Assembly (NCBI GenBank): GCA_038087875.1
Contig: JAXLNO010000174.1
Coordinates: 186,001-250,000, forward strand
Length of the DNA: 64,000 nt
Origin: Malacoraja senta
Taxonomy: Eukaryota
Direction of reading: 5' to 3'
Numbering within the stretch: position 1 is the first letter of the stretch; each line of letters starts with the position of its first letter. Positions 12,895-24,994 of the stretch are shown here, piece after piece. A model generated the notes under the pieces. It did not search any database, was not told where the DNA came from, and was given only the letters and a program-made list of their open reading frames with translations. The translations under genes and the position numbers were made by a program.

Positions 12895-14020
12895 TAGTGC
12901 ATTCAGAAATTATTCAGACCCCTTCACTTTTTCCGCATTTTGTTACGTTACAGCCTTATAACAAAATGGATTAATTTCATTTTTTAATTATCAATCTACA
13001 CACAATACCACAGAATGAAGAAGCGAACACAGGTGTTTAGAAATATTTGCAAAATACTTTAAAAATAAATGAATATCACATTTACATAAGTATTCATACC
13101 CTTTAGTCAGTACTTTGTTGAGGCACCTTTGGCAGTGATTACAGCCTCAAGTCTTTATGGGTATGACACCACAAGCTTAGCACAAAGTAAATATACCCAT
13201 CTTGGAGTTTGCAAAAAAGCATTAGAAACAAGATTATCCGCTTCTTTGAAACCAAGATTGAACAATTTGGCATGAATGCCAAGCGGCACGTCTGGTGGAA
13301 ACCAGACACCGCTCATCACCTGGCCAATACGAAACCAAGGTGAAGCATGGTGGTGTACGTATCATGCTGTGGGGATGTTTTTTAACGGCAGGAACTAGGA
13401 GACTAGTCAGGATCGAGGGAAAGATGAACGGAGCAAAGTACAGAGAGAACCTTTATGAAAATATACTCCGGAGCGTTCTGGACCTCAGACTGGAGCGGAG
13501 GTTCGCCTTCCATCAGGGCAGCGACCCTAACCACACAGCCAAGACAAAGCAGGTGTAGCTTCGTGACAAGGCTGTGAATGTCCTTGAGTGGCCCAGCCAG
13601 AACCTGGACTTGAACCCGATCGAACATCTTTGTGGAGAACTGAAAATAGTTGTGCATCGACGCTTCCCTTCGAACCGGACAGAGCTTGTAAGTATCTGCA
13701 GAAATGAATGGGAGATCTTACCCAAATCCAAGTGTGCCAAACTTGTAGCGTCATACCCAAGACGACGAGGCTGTAACCGCTGCTAAAGGTGCCTCAACAA
13801 AGTACTGTAAAGGGTCTCAATACATATGTAAATGGGTTATTTCAGTTTTTTTATTTTTAATTACTTTGCAACAAATTCTAAACTCCTGTTTTCGCTTCTT
13901 TGTTATTTGCTATTGTGTGTAGATTGATGATTAAAACAAATTTAATCCATTTTAGAATAAGGCTGTAACGTAACAAAATATGGAATTTTTTTAGGGCCTG
14001 AATATATTATGAATGTAGTG
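12895..14020 (+). mobile_element. Internally deleted Tc1/mariner DNA transposon
   Basis: Long imperfect terminal inverted repeats (ttttgttacgttacagcctta / taaggctgtaacgtaacaaaa) and a 3' TA. Transposase DDE-region remnants VKHGGVRIMLWGCF, FHQGSDPNHTAK and LEWPSQNLDLNPIEHL. Confidence 0.92.
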
Positions 14021-14589
14021 TATTGCCTCTTTCGTTACTTTCTGTTGTTCTATAAAATATTCCCTATCCTCTGGCTTCACTCTAATCTTTGCAATGTTAT
14101 AAGCCGTCTCTTTTAGTTTTTTAATGTCATTGAGTTTTCATGTCATCCACGGCAAGCTCTTTCTCCCCCCTTGATTCTTTCTTCCTCTTTTGAATGAAAA
14201 TGTCCTGCATTTTCCGGAATACGCCCAGAAATTCCTTCCATTGCTGATCACCGTAATCCCGGCTAGGGTCCCTCTGCAGTCAACTTTGGCAAGCTCCCCT
14301 CTCATGCCTCTATAATTCCCTTTGCTCAGTTGCAAGACCAACACATCCGATTTCACCTTCTCCTTCTGATATTGCAGATTAAACATCATGTTGTGATCGT
14401 TACCTCCTAGTGGTTCCTTTACCTTGAATCCACTCTTGTGATTCCTTTACCTTCAGTTTTCTATCATTTAAGGTACGTTTTCCGACACCAAGAGGAGGAA
14501 GGGGATTTGGCAGAATATGCTATAAAAGCAAATACAATTATGACGATTTATTGCATTTGGACAAATATATAAATCACTAGGTCATCACG

Positions 14590-14990
14590 CCATAAATCAT
14601 AAGAGTACAATTGGGCTATTCGGCCCATCAAGTCTAATCCGCCATTTGACCATGGCTGATCTATCTCTCCCTCCTAACTACAATCTCCTGCCTTCTTCAC
14701 AAACATCTGACACCTGCACGAATGAAAAATATATCTATCTCGACGTTACAAATATCCACTGACGGCTTCCACAGCGATCTGTGGCATTGAAGTTCCACAA
14801 ATTCACAACCCTCTGAATAGAGACAAAAATCCCCATCTCCTTTTTAATATAACGTCCTTTAAATCTGAGACTATGACCTCTCCTCTTGGACTCTTCCAAT
14901 ATGGAAACATCCTCTCCACATCGACTATATTTAAGCTTTTCACTATACTGTATGTTTCAATGAGGTCCCCGCCAACCTTCTAAACTAATA
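14590..14990 (-). mobile_element. Degenerate CR1 3' end
   Basis: attcggcccatc, catggctgatctatctc and ttccacaaattcacaacc match the CR1 tails seen elsewhere in the window. Confidence 0.7.
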
Positions 14991-16272
14991 AATGGATTGA
15001 AAGGTTTTGCTATGCCAACTTTAATTGATTGAAAGCTGGAGCATGGAAACATTTCCTTAATTTTCCCGAGTCCACACCGCTCATCGCTCACCCGATTATA
15101 CTCGTTACATGTTATTCCACGATGGCCTCTATTCTCTACGGACTCGAGCAAATGACCTGCAAATCCGCATGAAATATGGCTGAAATATTGGTACCCGCAG
15201 GAAAGACGTGTAGTCACATGGTGAACGTGAAACGCACACGCCAGGTGTGGAGCGAACTAGGGTATCTGGCGCTGTGATTTAGCAGTTCAATCTGCCGCTC
15301 AACTCTGCCGCGCCATAGCTGGTTTTCTTGGACATGTTGAGCCGAATGGGCTATTCCTTGTTGTACAGCTCTATGGCTGTGATTCAATCATTTTAATTTG
15401 GCATTGTGATGATAAATATATTTGAGTGGAGACGTGGTAGTCTTCAGAAAAACCATGGACACCGATGGAAGGGCAAACGTCTTGCGCAATTGGGTTCAGA
15501 GTGACACTTCCTTGATTACTGGTTCCTAACTTCTTGACGCCCTATTCATTTCTCTACATCATGCTGTCCAAGTGAAGATTGCAGATTCGCGCTGAGGATA
15601 TGAACCAGGGGCTACAGCGCCTTGCCTTGTCCTATAGATGGGACCTTTGTTTGCTGAATCTGCCATGTAAATTACGGATATTTTCGGTAATTCCCGGTAG
15701 AATCGTAGTTTGTTAATACCGGTGCGCTGAAGATTGCATGAGTGAAAGACGTTTACACGGATATACATTGTGAAAATCCGTATTTGAAACCAATTCTCTC
15801 CTACTCCATCAGGAGGGACAGAAAATGTAAAACGACATAAATGTTTACAAATGTAATTTAATTTTGGGATCCAACATGGAAACAGGACTTACAGCACATC
15901 GAGTCCATGCGTAACATCGAGCATCCATTCACGCTAATTCTACGTTGTCCCACGTTCACACACTCTCTACACTTGGAGGCAATTTTGTAGAGGTCAACGA
16001 ACCTGCAAACGTGCACGTCCATGAGAAGTGTGAGGAAAACAGAGCAACCGTAGTAAACGCCACGGTCTTGAAGAAAACGTACACATTCCACGCAGTCAAC
16101 ACACGATATCATGATCGCCTCTGCGTCTCTATTGCTGAGAGTACAGTACCACGAAAACGTAGAGAAATATTACTGTTCTACTGTACAACACAAATGTATA
16201 ATGCCACTCTTTCCTGCTCCAACAAGCAATTTATGAATACCAAATTGGGAATTCACTGCTTAACAACCTGCT

Positions 16273-16585
16273 AGCGCCCACCGGGGGCTCCAACGTCAAG
16301 ACCCGGAGCGTGGTCTTGCATCGCGCGGAGCGGCATTAATGGCCGCGGGACTTATTTACCATCGCCCGCCGGTGGCTTTGACTTTGACATCGGGTTGAGA
16401 ATGGGGAGTGCAGGGGAGAGATAAGACTTTGCCTTCCATCACAGTGAGGAGGAGATTCGCTGAGGTGGATGTTTGTGTAAATTGTGTTGTGTCTTGGTTC
16501 TTTCTCTTGTTTGTATGACTGCAGAAACCAAATTTCGTTTGAACCTCAATGAGGTTCAAATGACAACAAATAAATTGTATCATTT
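16273..16585 (+). mobile_element. Unclassified SINE-like repeat 3' part
   Basis: GC-rich body, hairpin tttgaacctc-aat-gaggttcaaa and an aataaa-type tail. Related reverse-strand pieces (aaacatccacca) occur near 3330-3445 and 53030-53210. Confidence 0.45.
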
Positions 16586-18389
16586 TATCAATTCCCTCTT
16601 CTAAATCATTAATATATATGGTAAACAGTTACGGCCCCAACACCGAGCCTTGCGGCACTGCACTCGCCACTTCTGTCATTCGGAAAAGGACCCGTTCACT
16701 CCTACTCTTTGCTTCCGGTCTGCCAACCAATTTTCTATCCATGTCAACACCCTATGCCCAATACCATGTACTCTAATTTTAGTCACCAGTCTCCCGTGCG
16801 GGACCTTATCAAAGGCTTTCTTAATGTCTAGATACACTGCATCCACTGGCTCCCCTTCATCCATTTTACTTGTCACATCCTCAGAAAATTCCAAAAGATT
16901 AGTCAAGCTTGATTTCCCTTTCATAAATCCATGTTGACTTGGACTAATCCTTTTACTGCTATCCAAATGCCCCACTATTACCTCTTTAATAATTGACTCC
17001 ATCATCTTTCCCACCACCGAAGTCAGGCTAACAGGTCTGTAATTCCCCGTTTTCTCTCTCGCTCCTTTCTTGAAAAGTGGGATAACATTAGCTATCCTCC
17101 AACCCACAGGAACTGATCCTGAATCTATTCAACATTGGAAAATGATCACCAACGCGTCCAATATTTCTTGAGCCACCTTCCTTAGGACCTGGGATGCATA
17201 CAATCATGTCCAGAGGATTTATCATCCCTCAGTCCCATTAGCCTACCGAATACTATTTACCGCCTAATAAACATTTATTTCAGTTCCGCTACCCCCTTAG
17301 ATCCTCTGACCTCCAGTACATCTGTGAGATTGTTTGTTTCTTCCTTAGTGAAGACAGATCCGAAGTACCTATTCAACTCTTCTGCCATTTCCTTGTTGCC
17401 CATAATAATTCCACCCGTGTCTGCCTTCAAGGGACCCACATTTGACTTTGCTACTCTTTTTCCCTTAATATATCTAAATAAACTTGTACTGTCCTTGTTT
17501 ATATTGCTGCCCAGCTTCCCTTCGTACTTTGTCTTTTCAGCCCGCATTGCGTGTTTTGTTTCCTTCTGTTTTCCTACGAAAGTTTCCCAATCCTCTGGCT
17601 TCCGGCTACCCTTTGCTGTGTTATACATATTTTCTTTAGGTTTTATTCTATCCCTAACTTCTCTTGTCAGCCACGTTTGCCTCCTACTCCCCTTAGAATC
17701 TGTCTTACATTTTGGAATGAAATGATCCTGCATCTTCCGGATTTTGCCCAGAAATTCCTGCCGTTCCTGCTAGGATCCCTTTTCAGTCTACCTTGGCCAT
17801 CTCCCCTCTCATGCCTTCATAGTCCCCTTTGTTCAACTGCATCACTGACACTTCCGATTTAAAGTTCTCCTTCTCAATTTGCAGTTAAAACTAATCATAT
17901 TATGATCACTACCTCCAAGCGGTTCCTTTACCTCGAGTTATCTTTTCATATCTGGTTCATTGGACAACACTAAATCCAGAATTGCCTTTTATCTGGTCGT
18001 CTCCATTACAAGCTGCTCTAAGGATCCATCACGGAGGCATTCTACAAACTCTCTTTCTAGGGGTCCTGACCCAACCTGATTTTCCAAGTCTACCTGCATA
18101 TTGAAACCCCCCATCACCACAGTGGCATTACCTTTGTTACATGCCAGTTTTACCTCCTGCTGCAACGTACACCCTACATCCGTGCTACTATTTGGCGGTC
18201 TTGTGGCGGTCCCTGGGGGGTAAGCCACTCCTTGGATCATCCCCCTCGCCGAGTGAAGGAGAGGGGACTGGTCTGCCACGGGGTTTCCAGTCGACCCTGG
18301 ATTTAGTGCTCTCGAGGTGTGTGTGTGGTGTGCTCTCGCTGTAAGCATTAAAGTCTACTAATTGAACCCGCCTGGCGTCTGGCCTTTTA

Positions 18390-19013
18390 CTGCAAGAGAT
18401 GCAACCGCAAGAGATGCAACACTTGTCCCTTCACCTCACCCCTCCACTCCATTCAAGGACCCAAGCAGTCGTTCCAGGTGCGACAGAGGTTCACCTGCAT
18501 CTCCTCCAACCTCATCTATTGCATTCGCTGCTCTAGATGCCAGCTGATCTACATTGGTGAGACCAAGCGGAGGCTTGGCGATCGTTTCGCCGAACACCTC
18601 CGGTCGGTCCGCAATAACCAACCTGAACTCCCGGTGGCTCAGCACTTCAACTCCCCCTCCCATTCCGTATCTGACCTCTCTGTCCTGGGTCTCCTCCAGG
18701 GCCACAGCGAGCAACACCGTAAACTGGAGGAAATGCACCTCATATTACGCTTGGGCAGTCTACATCCTGGTGGCCTGAACATTGAATTCTCCCAATTCTG
18801 CTAGCCCTTGCTGTCCCCTCCCCTTCATCAGCCATCTGGCTGTCTCCTCCCCTCCTCCAGCCCTCGGGCTCCTCCTCCGCCTTTTTCCTTTTTTCCTTTC
18901 TTCTCCCCACAACCTATCAGTCTGAAGAAGGGGTTCGGCCCGAAACGTTACCTATTTCCTTCGCTCCATAGATGCTGCTGTACCCGCTGAGTTTCTCCAG
19001 CATTTTTGTGTAC
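18390..19013 (+). mobile_element. 5'-truncated Penelope-like retroelement with GIY-YIG endonuclease domain
   Basis: FTCISSNLIYCIRCSRCQLIYIGETKRRLGDRFAEH (ORF 18478-18804). Flanked by the 11-bp duplication ctggcctttta (18379-18389 and 19014-19024). Confidence 0.92.
18915..18952 (+). ncRNA. Minimal hammerhead-ribozyme-like motif in the Penelope terminal repeat
   Basis: CTGAAGA (18922-18928), short GGG..CCC stem, then GAAAC-GTT. Penelope-like elements are known to carry minimal hammerheads. There is one extra A after the CUGANGA box. Confidence 0.55.
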
Positions 19014-20275
19014 CTGGCCTTTTATTGACCTCGTTCAGGCCGCTACAATCTTTAGATTACACCAATTAGTGTCTTCTTGCCATTGCAATTCCTCAAGTCA
19101 ATCCACAGTGACTCTACCTCGTCATTCCCTATGTCTTCCCTCACAAGGGAATGAATTCCACTCCTCACCAGCAGAGCTACCCCCCCCCCACCCTCCCCTG
19201 CCCACCTGCCTGTCCTTATTATTCAGGGTTATATTCTATAATCCTGAACAATAAGTTCCCAGGCCCGATCCTCCTGCAGCCACGTCTCAGTAATCCCTAC
19301 AATGTCAGATCTACCAACCTCTAACTGAGCATCAAGCTCATCTACTTTACTTTTTATACTTCGCGCATTCATATACAATAATTTTAATACCGTACGCATC
19401 TCAGCTTTCACATCAATCCCTATTACACTTGGCCATACGCTCATATTTCCTTATCGGCTTCCTTTCCCGTTAATTCTGGGGGTCATTAACCATCGCTTTA
19501 CTCTCTTACCCTGTAACTCCGTCCTCGACAATCCCATTTGACACCCCACTCCCCTTATTCAGTTTAAACCACCCGTGTAGCAGTGGCAAACCTGGCTGCC
19601 AGAATGCTGGTCCCCCACCTGTTAAGATGCAATCCGTCCATTTTGTACAGTTCCTCCTTGCTCCAAAACAGATCCCAGTGATATAAGAATCTAAATCCCT
19701 GCCCCCTGCACCAGTTCCTCAGCCACACATCCTGCTCTCGCCAGCACGGGGAACTGGAAGCAAACCGTACATAACAACACTGGAGATCCTGCTTTTCAGC
19801 ATTTGTCCGAACTCTCTAAAGTCACGCTGCAGAATATTCATCCCCTTCTTTCGACATTGTTTGTGCCGACATGCACAACCACTTCAGGCTGTTCACCATC
19901 GCCCTTGAGGATTTTCTGCACTCTGTCCGTGGCATCCTGGATCCTTGCACCAGGAAGGCAGCACACCATCGTCGAATCCCGTCTGTTCCCGCAGAAATCC
20001 CTGATGGATGAGTCGGCCAAAGTTGACTGAAAGAGACAATGGCAGGAATGACACTGGACAACAATGGCAGCTATTGCTGGGAATAGTACATAAGGAGCAG
20101 GATCAGTTCATTCGAAAGATGAAAAAATATTCTAAGGGGTGCAAGAGGCGATCGTATATGACAAGGGAAGTGAAGGACAGTATAACAATAAAATATAAGT
20201 ATAACAGAGGAAAGATGAGCGCGAAGCCAGAGGATTGGGCAACTTTCAATGAGCAACAGAAGATAACGTCACAAT

Positions 20276-23200
20276 TGTAGATCAGTGCATGCTCCTTTAA
20301 CATAGTGACCCCACCACTACTAACCACTCCCCATTATCATCAGTATAATTGTAGCCTCCCCACCCCCAGCTCTCTCTCTAGCTCCGGTGACGGACCACGA
20401 ACAGCTAGGGCACTATGAGTGCATATGATTACAATGTCTGCAATAAACAAGTAGTGAAGACTTCACGTGTCTGCAAAGTCTTTACATGGTGTCACAAAGT
20501 TGAACCTTGCGTCTCCTGACTATCGTTTTTTTTTTGTTTTCTCCCAGTTTTTCTTTTCCAACCCTTCATTTACCATGGCCAACTCGTGTCGTAAGCCTCA
20601 CATGCTGGTGTTTGACTCCGACATCGTGCACCGGTGGACTGTCTTTATGCCCGACTTCGAGCATTACATCGCGATTGCTCATCCTAATGCTACCCCTGCG
20701 ATCACGGCACATCTGATCCTCAACCTGGCTGGCCCGGAGGCCATGGAACGTTCTGAATCCTTCGAGTACGCCGCTGCGGAGAATGCTCAGGACCCGGTAT
20801 GTCTTGCGACTAAATTTACCGCGTTCTGTGACATTGCCACCAATTGCATTATAGAGCGGTTTAAGTTTTTCACCAGGCGCCAGAAACCCGGGGAGCACAT
20901 CGACTCCTTCATTGCATCGTTGCGTCACCTGGCTCGGTGTTGCCGCCTGGACGCGTTGACCCCCAACCTAATGATCAGGGATGTCCTAGTTCACGGCCTA
21001 CAGGACGAGAAGCTACGGGCAGATCTCTTGAGGAAGCCAGACCTCTCTTTAAACGAGGCTTTGCATGCCTCTCGCATGGCTGCTGCTGTCGACTCCGTAT
21101 CTCCACTTGAGCTCAGGACATTCACTATGCCGGTGCTGCTGGACGCCGGCGGAACGATGGCCCGCCACGCCAGCGTAGCACTCCCGCACCCGCGAGGGAC
21201 AGCCCACGTCGTTGCCCCAACTGCAACTTCGCCAATCATCAATTTAATGTTTGCCCTGCGCTGGGAAAATCTTGCAATTTCTGTAGAACGCTGAATCACT
21301 TCTCCGCAGCATGTCGTTCCAGGGGCCAGCCTGTCCCTGCTCCGAGAAGCAGTCTAAACAACCTTGCTGTGACTGATAGCGCTCATGGTTCCCAGTACCA
21401 TTCAGACGAACTCCCTGATTCTGATACCAGTTCCTCCCATGATGAATCGCGTATTTTTTCACTTTTGGGTGCACCTGCTTTGATATCTGATCCCTCAGTG
21501 CGAGTTACTGTGAATGGGATGACCTTTCCTGCATAGGTCGACACGGGGGCATTTGCCAATGTTATGTCATTAAGCCTCTTTGAGCAGATAAGATCTGGTG
21601 AGAAGGTTACTGCCGACGGTCCCGTCTTCATTCCTACGGGGGGAGTGCTCGTACCAGTCGGGAAGGCAACCTTTATCTGCACAGTTCTGAAGACCTCTCG
21701 GCCCCTCTCTTTCCTCCTGCTGGAATCTGAGAATGTTACTCTGTTGGGCGCCATTGCGTGCCAGGACCTCGGTTTGGTTCCTTCCACCGCGATATCCACC
21801 TGGTGCAGGGCCCCATGGACCCCATAAGCGAGTACCCTGATCGTTTTGATGATGTATTGGGCAAACTACCCTTCAATTACGAAATCGATGTGGACCCGGG
21901 GGTCGTTCCGGTAATCCGCTCGGCTCACCGCGTCTCCTTTGCCATGAAGGACAGTGTGGAGTCGACTCTGCTCCACATGGTGGCCGTGGGCATCATCAAG
22001 GAGGTGAGTGATCCCACCCGGTGGGTCTCCACCATAGTCGTTGCTGCTAAGAAGGACAAGAGTGAGATTCGGATTTGTATAACCCCCAAGGACCTGAACC
22101 TTGACATCAAGCGCCCGCACTACCCCATGCGAACGATGGAGGACGTCGTTGCACAGGTTGGCCCAGCCACTGTCTTCTCTGTCCTAGATGCCAAGAGCTC
22201 TTTCTGGCAGATTCTACTGGATGAACGTTCCTCCTTCCTGACCACATTCGGTACACCTTTCGGCAGGTTCCGTTTCCCCCGCATGCCTTTCGGGATCAAT
22301 TCTGCCAGCGAGGTTTTCCAGCGCACCATGGAGCAGCTATTTACCGGTCTGCCGTGTGCTATCATCGTCGATGACATCTTAGTGTACGGGAGAGACGTCG
22401 CTGAGCACGACCTCCACCTCCGCCAAGTCCTGGATAGGGCTCGTGAGATCAACCTCAAACTGAACCCCAGAAAGTGCCGTTTCCGCGTCCCGGAGGTCAC
22501 GTACGTGGGCCACGTTTTCACGGCTGTCTGAAACCAGACCCACAGAAGACAGCTGCGGTCTCGGGGATGCCAGCTCCGGTCAACGTGCCCAGCCTGCAGC
22601 GCTTCTTGGGCATGGTGAACTACCTGGGGAAATTCATTCCCGACCTCAGCGAGCTGAGTGCGCCCCTGAGGGAACTGACCAAGAAGGACACTGCCTGGGT
22701 TTGGTACCCGCAGTATCAGACAGACTTCGATGCCCTGAAGTCCCGGCTGGTTCGCACCCCCACTCTCAAGTTCTTCGACTTAAAGCGCCCCATCGTCCTC
22801 ACCTGCGATGCCTCGAATTTCGGTCTCGGTGCCGCCTGCCTGCAACTCTACGACCGCCTGCAACTACCTGTCTCCTACGCTTCCCGCACCATGACCCCTG
22901 CCGAACAACGCTACGCTCAGATTGAGAAGGAGCTCCTTGCCGTGGTGTTTGCCTGCTCGAAGTTCAAGGACTACATTCTGGGTAACACCTTCACTATTGA
23001 AACCGACCACCAGCCGCTGGTCACGATCTTGAACAAACCGATCCACGTTGCCTCTTCCCGCTTGCAGCGTATGATGCTGCAGCTCCAGCGCTTCACGTTT
23101 CGAATCGTGTACCGAAAGGGCAAAGACATGTTTGTGGCCGACACGCTGTCCCGCGCACCGCTGGCGTCCACTGCCCGCCACCCGTACGAATCGTCCGACC

Positions 23201-24994
23201 TGATGGTGCTAAACGTTAACTTTGTGCCTTCCCGGAGATGCAATCCCTGATTCAGCACACTGCTAATGATCCTGCCCTGCAACAGCTTGTAGACGTCATC
23301 CGTCGTGGCTGGCCTGGCCGTCGCTCATCCTTGCCGGCTGGTGCTGCGCCCTACTTCCTAGTCCGGGATGAACTTGTGCTGCATGCCGGCGTGGTGGTGA
23401 AGGGCCACAAGGTTGTGGTGCCTGCTGCGCTGCGGGACCACTATTTCCAAACTGCCCACAGCGGCCATCCCGGAGCCGATGCCACCCTGTCCCAGGCCCA
23501 GAGCCAATTTTATTGGCCCGGCATGGCACAGGACATCCGGGATAGGGTCTCCGCCTGCTCAACCTGCAATACCCTCTCTCCCCACCAGCAACGCCAGCCA
23601 CTCCTGCAACAGCCTGGCCCCGACCTGGCGTGGATGGCGGTCGCTACTGACATATTTGAGTGGCGTGGCAAACATTTCCTGGTCCTTGTAGACGCCTATT
23701 CCAGCTGGTTCGATGTGGAGCAGCTGCCCTCCCTCACTTCTGCTGCTGCCTTCGGGAAGCTGCGCCGCAACTTTGGGATCTTTGGCGCTCCTGTGACTTT
23801 GCAGTCTGACAACGGCGTTCAGTTCTCGAGTGCGGAGTTCCGCGCCTTCGCTGCCGCCTGCGACTTCCGCCACATCACCAGCGGCCCTGAGCACCCGCAG
23901 AGCAACGGCCTTGCTGAGCGCGCCGTCCGCAGTGCCAAGGAGCTGTTGGAGCAGTGTAGACTATCGCATTCGGATTTTTACATGGCCCTACTGAATCTCC
24001 GCAATATGTCTCGTGACCCTGCCCTAGGCTCGCCTGCTCAGCGGCTCATGTCCCGCACCACACGCCCTCCGATCCCTGTCTCCCAGCGATCCCTAGAGCC
24101 CGCGGTCCGCAGCCCTGCTGCTGTCCAGGAGCGCATTGCCCAGAAACATGCTATCCAGAAGCGCTCCCACGACAAATCCTGCCGTCCCCTTCCGCGTCTC
24201 TTCCAGGGCCAGGTCGTCCGGATGTAGTCCCCCTCAGAACACTACCGGCTGGCTGTTGTCGTCGGCTCTGCAGACTCTCCGCGGTCTTACCTGGTTGACT
24301 ACGAGGGTACCACCTACCACCGGTCCCGCCAGCATTTGCTGCCGGTCAACGAGCCCGCTCCGCCTCCTGCAGCCCCTTTTGCACCTCCGGTTGCTACCTC
24401 TCTGCCTACCGCTCCTCACATACCCAGGACTCTGCCCTCTCAACCCTTGGTGCCCCGTTCTACAACTGCTCCTACCTCTCCAGCTCGCGTGCCCGCTGCG
24501 GTGCCCGTTTCTCCTCCCCGATCTCCTCGTCCTCCCTCTCCTGCTCATTCTCTTGCCCGTGCCCCTATCACCGCTCCTGCTCCTGTCCCTGCTCTTCCTG
24601 CGGAGGGGGGGGGGGCGGGCTGCGTACCCGCTCCGGGCGGTTGGTCAAGCCGCCTGTGCGTTACGGGGAGATTGCTTGAATGTTTCAAATTTTTCCTGCC
24701 GGTGTACGCGCGGGTTTGTTTCTAGCGTATGAGTCGTGGTCGCACTGTCATCATTGTAATGTTTTGTTTTCCACGGGGAAGGATGTAGATCAGTGCATGC
24801 TCCTTTAACTTAGTGACCTCACCACTACTAACCACTCCCCATTATCTTCAGTATAATTGTAGCCTCCCCACCCCCAGCTCTCTCTCTAGCTCCGGTGACG
24901 GACCACGAACAGCTAGGGCACTATGAGTGCATATGATTACAATGTCTGCAATAAACTAGTAGTGAAGACTTCACGTGTCTGCAAAGTCTTTACA
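20276..24994 (+). mobile_element. Full-length Gypsy/Ty3 LTR retrotransposon (Mag-like), frameshifted gag-pol
   Basis: 211-bp LTRs (20276-20486 and 24784-24994, TG...CA) differ at 4 positions. 5-bp TSD ACAAT, PBS tggtgtca (tRNA-Leu-like), PPT ggggaagga. Gag from ATG 20575 with zinc knuckles, then protease VDTGA, RT IVDDIL, RNase H TCDASNFGLGA and integrase H-H-C-C, SDNG, NGLAERAV. Confidence 0.97.

Larger units (their letters stand above)
5065..14420 (-). mobile_element. Old CR1 LINE ORF2 relic broken up by later insertions and a tandem duplication
   Basis: RT motifs (VTSGVSKGSVL, SKFADS) at 5222-5803. Colinear pieces resume at about 8533-8622/12292-12397, 12720-12890 and 14023-14420 (LSKGNYRGMRGELAKVD). 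Confidence 0.75.
18202..19047 (+). mobile_element. Solo LTR (about 210 bp net), interrupted by a Penelope-like element
   Basis: Termini TGTGGCGG...CCGCTACA, attaaa polyA-like signal near 18347, 4-bp target duplication gtct/atct. The host CR1 is continuous across it. Confidence 0.75.
16586..20005 (-). mobile_element. Degenerate CR1 LINE including the ORF1 esterase (SGNH-like) end, endonuclease and RT
   Basis: ORF1: [65 protein letters not shown]. Confidence 0.9.
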
